IMG/VR virus record: IMGVR_UViG_3300012920_000025
Coordinates: 22,539 to 86,538 of that record
Source: a virus
Length of the DNA stretch: 64,000 nt
Strand: one strand, 5' to 3'
Numbering within the stretch: position 1 is the first letter of the stretch; the number at the start of each line of letters is the position of its first letter. Shown here piece after piece: positions 30,021-39,312 of this stretch. The notes beneath the pieces were generated by a model. That model saw nothing but the letters and a program-made list of their open reading frames with translations, ran no database searches and was not told the DNA's origin. A program made the position numbers and the translations under genes.

Positions 30021-30304
30021 TGAGTACATTACCAGAGTGTGCTGAGAAGTGCAAACAGGAAACAAAGTCGTGTTCGAACAAGGAGTGCAGAATGTGGATC
30101 GACTACGAAAAAGAAAAGAACTGCTGTCTTATTTCGATACAGGAAAAGCAAATAAAGTCTGCAGGCAAATCCCTAACTTTACATGAGGTAGGGGAAAGAC
30201 TTGGCATCAATTATTTGAAAGTCAGGCAGATTGAGATGGCAGCGTTGAAAAAACTGTCAAATAAAATGGAGGTAAAAGAACTTTTTGCCGAAATTGAAGA
30301 CTAA
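30020..30304 (+). CDS. Stand-alone sigma70 region-4 HTH protein with a Cys-rich N-terminus
   Basis: LTLHEVGERLGINYLKVRQIEMAALKKL matches the sigma70 r4.2 pattern. N-terminal C-x3-C-x6-C-x4-C. Confidence 0.7.
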   Translation: MSTLPECAEKCKQETKSCSNKECRMWIDYEKEKNCCLISIQEKQIKSAGKSLTLHEVGERLGINYLKVRQIEMAALKKLSNKMEVKELFAEIED

Positions 30305-30381
30305 ATTAATATACTTTTAGGAAAAAATAATTCTATTTATTATTGTTAACACAAAACTACATTTGTTATAAGGAGAATGAC

Positions 30382-31215
30382 ATGTCAAATAACAAGAAGA
30401 AAGCGCTTTTAAACGAAGCAGCAACCAGAAGATTTTGGAAGTTGGCGGGACTCAAGCCAATCCATGAAAAAGCATTTGTCTTCGAAGAGGAAGAAGAACT
30501 CGAAGAGATGCGTGCCAAGAAGGAAGACGAGAAAGATGAAGTCGACGAAGGCATGCGCGGTAAGAAAGAAGACGAAGACCTTGATGAAGGTATGCGCGGA
30601 AAGAAAGAAGACGAAGACCTCGATGAAGGTATGCGCGGAAAGAAAGAAGACAAACAAGAAGTCGACGAGGAATTTGGCGGGTTGAAGTCGAGCGGAATCA
30701 AAGGCGTTTACGATATGACTGCCAGGATGAAAGAATTAGACGACGAACCAGAGGTAGAAGTAACTCCCTCGGGAACAAAAATAACCACTGCCAAACTACG
30801 CTCAATGGATGGCAAACCTGTGAAGAAGAAGACAAACGAGCAAGATCTTGAAGAAGAGATGGAAATCGATGAGATGGGTATGGATGCAGCAGCAGAAGAC
30901 GAACCAGAGATGGACATGGGTGCTGAAGAAGGTCCAGAAGACGGTCAGGATGTAGAGGTAGATGTACCAGAGGGCGATGTTGCTTCTCTTAGAACTGCTC
31001 GTGATATCCTTGATCAGATTCTTTCCGCAGTTGATGGTGGCGATGCAGAACCAGAGATGGATGCAGAAGAACCAGCAATGGATGACGAACCAGAGATGGA
31101 CATGGGTGATGATGACGAACTTAACGAGGTCGATCAGGAAGAACTTGAAGAAGTCGCTGAGAGAATCGCTCAACGTGTTGCAAAGCGCATTGCAGAGTCA
31201 CTCAAAAGAAAGTAA
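30382..31215 (+). CDS. Highly acidic low-complexity protein, possibly a prohead core/scaffold-type virion protein
   Basis: AAGGAG RBS, LNEAATRRFWKLAGL, D/E/M-rich repeats and C-terminal RIAQRVAKRI. Confidence 0.5.
   Translation: MSNNKKKALLNEAATRRFWKLAGLKPIHEKAFVFEEEEELEEMRAKKEDEKDEVDEGMRGKKEDEDLDEGMRGKKEDEDLDEGMRGKKEDKQEVDEEFGGLKSSGIKGVYDMTARMKELDDEPEVEVTPSGTKITTAKLRSMDGKPVKKKTNEQDLEEEMEIDEMGMDAAAEDEPEMDMGAEEGPEDGQDVEVDVPEGDVASLRTARDILDQILSAVDGGDAEPEMDAEEPAMDDEPEMDMGDDDELNEVDQEELEEVAERIAQRVAKRIAESLKRK
30544..30660 (+). repeat. 39-bp coding tandem repeat (about 3 copies)
   Basis: Unit GA(C/T)GAAGG(C/T)ATGCGCGG(T/A)AAGAAAGAAGAC..., encoding DEGMRGKKEDEDL. Confidence 0.85.
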
Positions 31216-31259
31216 TCATTTTACTTGACTCATCAGAAAGGAACTGTTAGTCTAATAGC

Positions 31260-31604
31260 ATGAAGACCGAATTTATATACGCACTCTTTTGGTTCTCAAT
31301 GGGTGCGTTCCTACACCATGCAATATTTATTTTTCGCTCAATAAAAGAGAAGCAGGAGTTCTACGCTGAATTCGCGAAGAACATGTCTGCTCTCTCTTCT
31401 ATATTTTTAGGTCAACTTAAAAATGTCATAGATATCAAAAAATCTGTTATGAAAGAGATGGGGTTAGATGATGAAAAGATAGAAGAAGAGTGTCAAGTGG
31501 AGGAAGCATTTGTAAAAAATTGGAAAGTATTGTATGCTACCACCATATTAACAAACATACCGAGAGACATCGCATCAAAAATAGTAAAAAAGGAGTTACC
31601 ATGA
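31260..31604 (+). CDS. Hypothetical protein with an N-terminal membrane segment
   Basis: FIYALFWFSMGAFLHHAIFIF. TTGACT-17-TAGTCT upstream (31225-31253). Confidence 0.55.
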   Translation: MKTEFIYALFWFSMGAFLHHAIFIFRSIKEKQEFYAEFAKNMSALSSIFLGQLKNVIDIKKSVMKEMGLDDEKIEEECQVEEAFVKNWKVLYATTILTNIPRDIASKIVKKELP

Positions 31605-31900
31605 TCGACGTTGTTTGCTGGAAAGAACTAAAGAGAGAAGACAACACTATTGCCTGTAGATTACAGGTGCACTACACCGACCAACGCAGAGTTAAAACTG
31701 TATTAAAAGAACTGCAAGAGTGGGATGAATCGGGCAGTGGTTTCAATCCCAAGAAAAAGGAGTCGCTACTTATTTTTACAAGGAACTTTCCAGATGATGG
31801 TAAGTGGAGAAGTTTTCTTAAGAGTTTCCCGTATAGAATCACAGAAAAGACAATGACAGGAAAGGAGAAAGTATACAATGCCAAAAAAGTTATCGGATAA
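31601..31900 (+). CDS. Hypothetical protein
   Basis: AAGGAG RBS before ATG 31601 and an ATGA overlap with the previous gene. Confidence 0.55.
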   Translation: MIDVVCWKELKREDNTIACRLQVHYTDQRRVKTVLKELQEWDESGSGFNPKKKESLLIFTRNFPDDGKWRSFLKSFPYRITEKTMTGKEKVYNAKKVIG

Positions 31901-32624
31901 GGATTTAAAGAACTTTGAAGACTTCGTGATTGTAAATGAAACCACCAAGAAGAAAAAGAAAGAAAAGAAAAAAGAAGAGCAAATATTAGAAGAGTTTGTT
32001 GATGAATCTACCGGGAAGGAAGGCAAGCAACCAATCTATATCATCAACAATATCGCTGGTAAGGACGATAAGGATGACATCAGGGCAATCAATTGTTATG
32101 GCGACATAACAGAAAGAATGGGTTCCGAGGTTGTTCAGGCAATGCTGTACTTCAATCACTCAAGACTTGATATTATTGAAGATGCAGAAGGCAATACACA
32201 CGAGGTGGTAAGACCATTTAGGATGTACATCTCCACTCATGGTGGCATAGTCTCTGATATGTTCTCCATTCTTGATGTTATGGACATGATTAAAGAAGAC
32301 TGTGTTATTGAGACAGTCGGTCTTGGCAAGGTAATGTCAGCGGGTGTTCTAATGCTTGCGAACGGGACTAAGGGCAGAAGAAAGATTGGAAAGAACTGCA
32401 GGGTGATGCTTCACAGTGTCATCAGTGGACACCATGGTTCTTTCCCTAACGTAGAGAATCAAATGCGTGAAACAAAGGCATTGCAAGATATGTATTTTGA
32501 CTACCTCTGCTCATGCACCAAGTTGACTAGGAAGAAGATTAAAAAGTTACTTTTAAACAACGTTGATGTCTATTTATCTGCAGAGGAAGCAATCGAATAT
32601 GGCATTGCTGATGAGTTTCTATGA
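31878..32624 (+). CDS. clpP: ClpP-family serine protease
   Basis: MYISTHGG, GKVMSAG (catalytic Ser), RVMLH (His) and DVYLSAEEAIEYGIAD. Confidence 0.85.
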   Translation: MPKKLSDKDLKNFEDFVIVNETTKKKKKEKKKEEQILEEFVDESTGKEGKQPIYIINNIAGKDDKDDIRAINCYGDITERMGSEVVQAMLYFNHSRLDIIEDAEGNTHEVVRPFRMYISTHGGIVSDMFSILDVMDMIKEDCVIETVGLGKVMSAGVLMLANGTKGRRKIGKNCRVMLHSVISGHHGSFPNVENQMRETKALQDMYFDYLCSCTKLTRKKIKKLLLNNVDVYLSAEEAIEYGIADEFL

Positions 32625-33592
32625 GTGATTTAGACCTTTTAGTTGAAATGTTTGCCAAGGTGGGTCGACCCGTTGTTGAGAAGAAGTCTGCTGGTAAAAA
32701 ACCAACCATAACTTATGAACCAATTGTTTTGGACCTCAGTTGGATGAACGACTACGACGCGGCAACTGCTCCAGAATCTCAAAGAAGGTTTGAGACGGCC
32801 GTAGCAAACATTGCCCCTGGTGACATATCACAACTTGGTGAATTGGTATCCAACCTTAACAACTTCCTAAATACACCCGCCAAGCAGTTGATCAATGATC
32901 ACGTCACTGCTATCGCAATGGTGGATGTTATGAGGACGTTGTATCACCTATTAACGTCACCCAACCCGTCTGTAAAGGGGTATACTTTTGAGCAGTTCAT
33001 CGCAAAACTCTTCGGCGGCAAAGTTATAAAAGGAATCGCAGACAACATTGCTGACGTTGAGTTTCCGCAGGGTAATGTGTCGCTAAAGTTTGTAAAACCG
33101 AAGTCATCAGTAAAAGGTTCCTATGCGAATCTAAGTGCAGAGGTTCAGAAGAATGAAGAGATAAGGTATTATGTCGGAGAGAAGATCTTAGACAAGAAGA
33201 ATCCGAAGATTCGATTCTATACCTTCGTAATCACTCGCGAACAAGCCATATACATGCTCCGAACAATTAAGAAAAACAAGATGAGTCCACTATTGGATAA
33301 GAAAGGTAACGCGTTCTCTCTTTCACCAACTGAGTTGAATAAAGGTGTCTATCAGATGAAAGAACTTGGGGTCCTTAACATGGGAGACATGGTCGGTAAG
33401 ACTGACGCGATCTTTCGGTTGCTGGATCAGAAGTTTCAAGGATTGTTTTCCACCCTACAGGAACTCGCAGAGGCAGCGGATAGATTTAAGACAGACTCCG
33501 CTACAACATCAGACCCTGGTAAAAGACAGCAGTCCAAGCAAGACACGATAAAGAAGACTGACGCTACAAAGGCAGCAGCACAAAAAATCTAA
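32621..33592 (+). CDS. Hypothetical protein with a possible PD-(D/E)xK nuclease-like core
   Basis: KGYTFEQFIAKLFGG...IADV...VSLK pattern. Tentative. Confidence 0.45.
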   Translation: MSDLDLLVEMFAKVGRPVVEKKSAGKKPTITYEPIVLDLSWMNDYDAATAPESQRRFETAVANIAPGDISQLGELVSNLNNFLNTPAKQLINDHVTAIAMVDVMRTLYHLLTSPNPSVKGYTFEQFIAKLFGGKVIKGIADNIADVEFPQGNVSLKFVKPKSSVKGSYANLSAEVQKNEEIRYYVGEKILDKKNPKIRFYTFVITREQAIYMLRTIKKNKMSPLLDKKGNAFSLSPTELNKGVYQMKELGVLNMGDMVGKTDAIFRLLDQKFQGLFSTLQELAEAADRFKTDSATTSDPGKRQQSKQDTIKKTDATKAAAQKI

Positions 33593-33600
33593 CAAACCAC

Positions 33601-33629
33601 TTGACATCTAGTATATACTTGTTTATAAT
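33601..33629 (+). promoter_or_regulatory. Consensus sigma70 promoter of groEL
   Basis: TTGACA-17 bp-TATAAT. Confidence 0.8.
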
Positions 33630-33652
33630 ATAATCATACAAAGTGAGGTTAA

Positions 33653-35242
33653 ATGAAACACTATTCAGACGGTAAGGATTTACATCAACTGATGCTTGAT
33701 GGGGTCAATCAACTTGCCGACAATGTAGCATCAACATATGGACCCAAGGGTCGTAACGTAATATTAAGGAAGAAAGATGGCAAACCGATCATCACCAAAG
33801 ATGGAGTCACTGTTGCGAGATTTGTATCTCTCGAAGATCCGTTCCAGGATGCAGCAGTTGAAATTGTCAAGCAAGCATCAGAGAAAACGAACTCCGATGC
33901 GGGAGACGGCACCACTACATCAACAATCCTAGCAAGAGCAATCTTTGCAAAGTCTCTTGAACTTATTGAAAGAGGATTAAGTCCTGTGGAGGTCAAGCGT
34001 GGTTTAGATAAGGTATGTAAACTTGTCTGTGAGAAGATAGAGGAAAAGTCTAAACCAATCTCTAGCGCAGAAGATGTGGCATTTGTTGCAAAGATCTCTG
34101 CCAACAATGATCAGGTCATTGGTGATCTTATCTCCACTGCTGTAGACAAAGTGGGCAAGGGAGGTTCAGTAACTATTGAAGATGGTAGGTCAACTGAAAC
34201 AACTCTTGATTTAGTCGAGGGTTTTAGGTTTCAGTCAGGATACTTATCGAACTACTTTGTAACGGATGAAAGAAGAAATGTTTGTAGATATGAGAATGCT
34301 TTACTTTTCCTGTGCGACGCCCAAGTCGACCAGGTCCAAGTTATTTTACCAGTACTGGAAATTGCTGCAAGAGAACAGAAACCAATCGTATTAATTTGCG
34401 ATGATGTCGAGGGACAAGCACTATCTGCGCTTGTTATGAACTCTGCGCGAGGATCAATGAAGGTTGCCGCTGTAAAATCTCCCAAGTACGGTGAAGAGCG
34501 CAGAGCAGTCATGCAGGATCTTGCTATTGCTACCGGTGCCAGGTACTTTAGAACAATGATGGGCGATCAAGTTAGGGATGTAACTATTAATGATTTGGGA
34601 ACCTGTCACAACATAGAGATCTCTAAGTACGGTACGATCATTGTCGGCGGCGGAGGAGATACCGAAGAGATGTCTCAGCGGATTGAGGATCTGAAGCAAC
34701 AAGTTAAGGATGCAGAGTCTCTTGTTGATGCAGAACAGATTCAGGAGCGAGTAACCAGATTGTCTAGTGGTGTTGCTATTGTTCGTGTTGGCGCAGCAAC
34801 AGAGATAGAAATGATTGAAAAGAAGCATCGCATAGAAGATGCGCTAGAAGCGGTCAGGTCTGCACAACAAGAAGGCATCGTTCCAGGTGGAGGACTGACG
34901 CTATATAGAATCTCTCAAACGATTTTGGATGACATCAGGAATGTTGAGTTGACGGAAGATCAGAAGTTTGCTGCGGAAATCTTTTATGATGTTCTTAGGT
35001 CTCCGATCAAAGAGATGGCAGAGAATGCAGGGTTTACATTTGATGAGGTTGACGGAGTTTTGTCTAATGAATCAGACAATACCGGATTTAATTTCTTGAC
35101 AGGACAACCCGTAGATATGTATAATAGTGGTGTTGTTGACCCAGCAAAGGTTACTAAAAACGCACTGAGAAATGCAGTCTCGGCTGCGGGTACATTGCTG
35201 ACAACTAATTTTGCAATTATTGAAGAACGAGGAACTCCATAG
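33653..35242 (+). CDS. groEL: GroEL-like chaperonin
   Basis: TYGPKGRNV, ITKDGVTVA, AGDGTTTST, EGIVPGGG and VVDPAKV. No GGM tail. Confidence 0.95.
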   Translation: MKHYSDGKDLHQLMLDGVNQLADNVASTYGPKGRNVILRKKDGKPIITKDGVTVARFVSLEDPFQDAAVEIVKQASEKTNSDAGDGTTTSTILARAIFAKSLELIERGLSPVEVKRGLDKVCKLVCEKIEEKSKPISSAEDVAFVAKISANNDQVIGDLISTAVDKVGKGGSVTIEDGRSTETTLDLVEGFRFQSGYLSNYFVTDERRNVCRYENALLFLCDAQVDQVQVILPVLEIAAREQKPIVLICDDVEGQALSALVMNSARGSMKVAAVKSPKYGEERRAVMQDLAIATGARYFRTMMGDQVRDVTINDLGTCHNIEISKYGTIIVGGGGDTEEMSQRIEDLKQQVKDAESLVDAEQIQERVTRLSSGVAIVRVGAATEIEMIEKKHRIEDALEAVRSAQQEGIVPGGGLTLYRISQTILDDIRNVELTEDQKFAAEIFYDVLRSPIKEMAENAGFTFDEVDGVLSNESDNTGFNFLTGQPVDMYNSGVVDPAKVTKNALRNAVSAAGTLLTTNFAIIEERGTP

Positions 35243-35278
35243 TACTACTTATAATAGGCACGTTGTGGAGGGTTTATA

Positions 35279-35551
35279 ATGTCTGATAGTGATCTTTCCC
35301 GAGATTTGATGGTTGAGTTAACTAGAAAGTTAGATAAGTTATGTCTTACTATGGAAGCGGTTAGAGAAAAGCAAGACGAAATGATAGAGAACGTTTCTAA
35401 GATAAAAGAAGCAGTCTATAACCCCGACGAAGGTCTCTACGCCAGAATCAGAGCACTAGAAGCATGGAAGAACACCTCCTCTAAAATTTTATGGATACTA
35501 TTCACTGGAATTGTCGGTTTGGCAAGTGCAGTAGTTATTAAGTTGCTTTAA
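35279..35551 (+). CDS. Coiled-coil protein with a C-terminal TM helix (holin/XhlA-like architecture)
   Basis: GLYARIRALEAWK followed by hydrophobic ILWILFTGIVGLASAVVI. Confidence 0.5.
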   Translation: MSDSDLSRDLMVELTRKLDKLCLTMEAVREKQDEMIENVSKIKEAVYNPDEGLYARIRALEAWKNTSSKILWILFTGIVGLASAVVIKLL

Positions 35552-35565
35552 AACAAAGGAGAGAA

Positions 35566-35853
35566 ATGAAAGTTAAAGTTTCGTATACGGTTGATTTCAA
35601 TGACATCCCCGATGTTGTGAGGGATATCGTTAGCAAGGCGCAGACTTTGCAGCAGGAGATGTGTGAACTATCTGAGGGATTACACAGTGGTGATCTTGGA
35701 GTTAGATCTCTGAAAGATCTTGGTAGGTTGAGAGAAATCTCTTCTGAACTAACAGAAAGTTACTCTGACTGTGAGTCTATTCTATCTGGATTCTTCGGTG
35801 CAGTATTTAATCCGCAAGAGACCAGAGAGGAGGAGTCGGATGATAACACTTAA
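35566..35853 (+). CDS. Hypothetical protein
   Basis: AAGGAG RBS, 95 aa. Confidence 0.55.
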   Translation: MKVKVSYTVDFNDIPDVVRDIVSKAQTLQQEMCELSEGLHSGDLGVRSLKDLGRLREISSELTESYSDCESILSGFFGAVFNPQETREEESDDNT

Positions 35854-36115
35854 TGTAATCCGGAGAGGCGGACCTCCACTTTTTAATCACAGAACAGAGA
35901 CTCTGTGCCTTAATCCAACCAGCATTGTTTCAATTGCACCCGCAAATCATAACAGATCTATCATTAAAGAAGTTAATGGTTCACCCTCAGATTCAATTGA
36001 CATCTCAGAGGTGGAATATACCATCGGGTCTAGGGCAGAAAAGATATTAGTTGTTGGTAGTTATGAAGAGATATTGAGGGAGACCAGAGGTAGCAGGAGA
36101 CTTTTGAATGGATAG
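35840..36115 (+). CDS. Hypothetical protein
   Basis: GGAGGAG RBS before ATG 35840. Confidence 0.5.
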   Translation: MITLNVIRRGGPPLFNHRTETLCLNPTSIVSIAPANHNRSIIKEVNGSPSDSIDISEVEYTIGSRAEKILVVGSYEEILRETRGSRRLLNG

Positions 36116-36362
36116 GGGTGATCAGTACATTGTTTTTGGATTATCTACATGCCCCTTTTGTGAGGAAGCAGTTGCGCTTTTGTCGTTTTTGGGTTATAAT
36201 CACGAATACTACACTCTTGATGACAACCCTGAGTATTTAAAAGAACTGAAAGAGTTTTATCAACAAAGGACGGTGCCAATGATTCTTCGGGTCGGTGGAG
36301 AGGATTCGATAGTTAGGTTTATTGGTGGATGTGACGACCTAAAGAGAGAGTTAAATGATTAA
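36108..36362 (+). CDS. Glutaredoxin
   Basis: CPFC active site, TVP and FIGGCDDL. Confidence 0.9.
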   Translation: MDRGDQYIVFGLSTCPFCEEAVALLSFLGYNHEYYTLDDNPEYLKELKEFYQQRTVPMILRVGGEDSIVRFIGGCDDLKRELND

Positions 36363-36750
36363 GTGTGATCTACAAGAAATAAAAGAACATGAGATTCTAG
36401 CAGAGAAAAAGAAAAAGCGATTCGGAAGATATCACGGGTCTATGTTTTGGAACTTGCCAGGATTTGGCAAAAAGAAGTGGATAGTCGCGACCAGAATAGA
36501 ATTCAAAGAAGATGTCCCTGATGGATTAACAGATAAAGAGGTGATTGATAGGTGTGTGGATTACTTGAATACTCCGCCCCCAAGAAGAAAGTTCCAAAGA
36601 AGGATTACCAAACCAAAGTACGGTATGTTAGAACTGTACAGTGGAAAGATAATCACAAAAGATGGAGAGAAATATATTAGTGCACTTTTGATTACTGATC
36701 AGAGAACTAATAAGCACTTCTGGGGTCGCGGCATTGTCACAGCAAAATGA
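36355..36750 (+). CDS. Hypothetical basic protein
   Basis: 131-aa coupled ORF. Confidence 0.5.
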   Translation: MIKCDLQEIKEHEILAEKKKKRFGRYHGSMFWNLPGFGKKKWIVATRIEFKEDVPDGLTDKEVIDRCVDYLNTPPPRRKFQRRITKPKYGMLELYSGKIITKDGEKYISALLITDQRTNKHFWGRGIVTAK

Positions 36751-37072
36751 TTTTAAGTACAAGTTCAGAAGAAAATCTTATGAAGAGTGGAGGCAGATGG
36801 CATCCCAACACTCTCTCGTATCCGGAGAGGTGCTTAAGTTAGAGGAACTGAAACTGTCAGAGCATGTTCAGATAGAACTAAGTAAGTTAAACATCAACTC
36901 ATATTTGTTCAAAGAATATATGAGTAGTCTTGATCCGTTCCTAGAGGAGGATGCTGATGGGTACTTAGATCTTACAGAGGTTGAGGTTGCTAATATATGG
37001 AAGTGTCTTACTGCTCTCTCTGAATCTAAAAAAGAATTAATAAAGTCTTCTATAAGTTTGGAAGTGCACTGA
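36734..37072 (+). CDS. Hypothetical protein
   Basis: 112-aa coupled ORF. Confidence 0.5.
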   Translation: MSQQNDFKYKFRRKSYEEWRQMASQHSLVSGEVLKLEELKLSEHVQIELSKLNINSYLFKEYMSSLDPFLEEDADGYLDLTEVEVANIWKCLTALSESKKELIKSSISLEVH

Positions 37073-37410
37073 TGAATTTATATATTGGAATAGTTCTCGT
37101 GTTTCTTGGGCAAGCAATCGGGTGGTTTCAGTTAAATGCTCAATATATTTCAGAGTGGTGGAAAGATAAACCCATCGCTGCAGCATTTTTCCTGGGTGTT
37201 CCATGTTCTATTGCTTTTTGGTATTCCTGGAAACTTATAGTGGACGAGACAGGTTCAGTGTGGACCGCTAGATTTATAGGATCATCCGCTGGTTTAATAT
37301 TGTTCCCCGTTTTAACTTGGTTTCTTCTAGGGGAGTCTATGTTTAATCCGAAAACTTTGATATGTTTTGGATTGGCAATTATAATAATTTTAATTCAACT
37401 TTTCTATTGA
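37072..37410 (+). CDS. Small four-helix membrane protein (DMT/SMR-like)
   Basis: Four hydrophobic segments and LTWFLLGE...KTLICFGL. Confidence 0.6.
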   Translation: MNLYIGIVLVFLGQAIGWFQLNAQYISEWWKDKPIAAAFFLGVPCSIAFWYSWKLIVDETGSVWTARFIGSSAGLILFPVLTWFLLGESMFNPKTLICFGLAIIIILIQLFY

Positions 37411-37502
37411 CACGACAAATCTAGTGTTTATAATATTAGTATGGTTGTGTTGCTTCGGGACTCAACCATAAATTGCAACTTGCTTAATAAGGAGGATATA
37501 AT

Positions 37503-37931
37503 ATGACACACGCAATTGCTACATATCGACCAGGACTACTTGGTCACAAAGTTATCAATGAGGTCTTTGATAATTTCTTCAATGACTTCCCAACACACTT
37601 GAAGGCATCTACACAGGGATACCCCGTTGCCGACATTTATCGAGACGATGATGGTTCCACTGTGCTAGAGTTTGCATTGGCAGGGTTCAAGAAGAAAGAA
37701 CTCTCTATTGACATTCAGCCGGATAAGAGAAGTATTACTATTGCTGGACAAGTTGATGAAAATAATCAAAAGAGGCAGAGGATTGCTCGTAGGAACTTTA
37801 CAAGAACGTACGTTAACTATGATGACAACCTAGACTTGTCACAAGCTAAAGCATCGTTCGAGAATGGTTTGTTATCAGTTAGAGTCCCACAGCGACCAGA
37901 AGTCCAACCACTGTCAATTAAGATTGACTAA
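37503..37931 (+). CDS. Small heat-shock protein (Hsp20/IbpA-like)
   Basis: YPVADIY, LEFALAGF, IARRNFTR and ASFENGLLSV. TTGACA-16-TATAAT promoter at 37407-37434. Confidence 0.9.
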   Translation: MTHAIATYRPGLLGHKVINEVFDNFFNDFPTHLKASTQGYPVADIYRDDDGSTVLEFALAGFKKKELSIDIQPDKRSITIAGQVDENNQKRQRIARRNFTRTYVNYDDNLDLSQAKASFENGLLSVRVPQRPEVQPLSIKID

Positions 37932-37937
37932 ATGAAG

Positions 37938-37961
37938 CGGAGGGGCATTTGCCCCTCCGTT
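37938..37961 (+). terminator. Hairpin terminator after hsp20
   Basis: CGGAGGGGC-ATTT-GCCCCTCCG with a weak U tract. Confidence 0.6.
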
Positions 37962-38009
37962 ACTTCTATCACCTACTAATTACTACAACGCAAAAAAGAC
38001 GGTTTAATC

Positions 38010-38393
38010 ATGAATGAAATAGAAGATTACTTTGATTCCTTAGTCAGTGAGAAAGAAGAGCGCTCAAGACAGACGGGCGTATTTCAGTTTTATTTGATGT
38101 TAGGGTATAAGGCAGAGACAGCAGGAGAAAAAGGATATAGAGGTCTTGAGGACATCGTTGCAGACATTCGTGCTATCCCTAGCGTAACTGTTGTCACAAT
38201 AATGGTAAAAAATCAAAAGATTTCCGATACAGATTATATTGCAGGTTTGAGAATCAAGTTCATACCAAGTTTGCCCGGAATGCTTCGTTCGCCAGAGGAT
38301 GCAAAACTAAAGATTCTCAGAACGATAAAGCAAACTAAAGGTGTCCGTAAAATATTTAAAATTTCACAAGGATTTGAAAAGACTACGGTATGA
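38010..38393 (+). CDS. Hypothetical protein
   Basis: 127-aa ORF containing DIRAIPSVTVV. Confidence 0.55.
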   Translation: MNEIEDYFDSLVSEKEERSRQTGVFQFYLMLGYKAETAGEKGYRGLEDIVADIRAIPSVTVVTIMVKNQKISDTDYIAGLRIKFIPSLPGMLRSPEDAKLKILRTIKQTKGVRKIFKISQGFEKTTV

Positions 38394-38947
38394 ATACTGA
38401 TCTTATTTTGGAATACTTTTTAGAATATCTGACAGAAAGAAAAACACTGCAACTAAAATCCTATCACTTGACAGAAGAACCTGACTCATCTATCATTAGA
38501 CTTGATCTGAAAGATGACGGTGACGACAGGTCTGTTGAGGCATCGGGCGTAGGCATGATAGATGCCGGTTTTAACTCGTTGATTAGTTATTTCTCAACAA
38601 AGTACCCATCACTCAACACAGTAAAACTAGAAGATGTTTATTTTCAGGTCGACCATCGTTCTGGTAGAGACGTTTCATTTAAATCAAAGATGGAAATCAA
38701 ACTAGAGTTTAGTAATCACTGCAAAGATAAATCATTGTTTTCAGGCAAGACTAGATCAATGGGTTACACAGGAGTTAGTGTTCTTGTTTCCGCTATTGAG
38801 TTCTACATAAACTGTGAACTTTTGTTTAAGAGAATGAAATTTCTTTTAGAGGATGCTGAACAACGCGGCCGCTTTGACGTTGCTTCTAGATACAAATACA
38901 TTCTCTCCAGGGTTGTGGAGGTGACAAACTATCAAACTATCGCATAA
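38390..38947 (+). CDS. Hypothetical protein resembling a LeuA/CimA regulatory (dimerisation) domain
   Basis: VEASGVGMIDAGFNSL...YPSLNTVKLEDVYFQV. Tentative. Confidence 0.45.
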   Translation: MNTDLILEYFLEYLTERKTLQLKSYHLTEEPDSSIIRLDLKDDGDDRSVEASGVGMIDAGFNSLISYFSTKYPSLNTVKLEDVYFQVDHRSGRDVSFKSKMEIKLEFSNHCKDKSLFSGKTRSMGYTGVSVLVSAIEFYINCELLFKRMKFLLEDAEQRGRFDVASRYKYILSRVVEVTNYQTIA

Positions 38948-39069
38948 ATTGTTAGAAACCATATCGCTTTTGTTATGGTCAGCAATACTAACTGGCGGCA
39001 TCATTCTTCTCAAACATCACTTTGAAGGTAAGACCGAACAAACTAAATGTATCTGCCCCTAGTTAGTGT

Positions 39070-39312
39070 ATGAGGTCAAGGAAGCCGCAAATCGGAGACA
39101 TCGTTCATCATTGCCTGTTTTTGCGCTATGAATGGTCTGCTCTTCTGTTAAAAATAGAAAAACAACAAGGAGACACAGAAAAAGGGTTCGTAAAGATGAT
39201 TCCAGGAACTAAATATGAAGACTACTTCTTAAGAATAAAAGAGTCATCCAATGGTTACGGATGGGTCTACAAGAAGTGGTTGTGGGTCTATATTCAGGAG
39301 GAATCAACATGA
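39070..39312 (+). CDS. Small SH3/KOW-like hypothetical protein
   Basis: QIGDIVH start, 80 aa. Confidence 0.45.
   Translation: MRSRKPQIGDIVHHCLFLRYEWSALLLKIEKQQGDTEKGFVKMIPGTKYEDYFLRIKESSNGYGWVYKKWLWVYIQEEST

Noticed and set aside
30544-30660. 39-bp repeats as a mini-CRISPR
   Set aside because: The units are contiguous with no spacers, are in frame, and vary mainly at synonymous positions.
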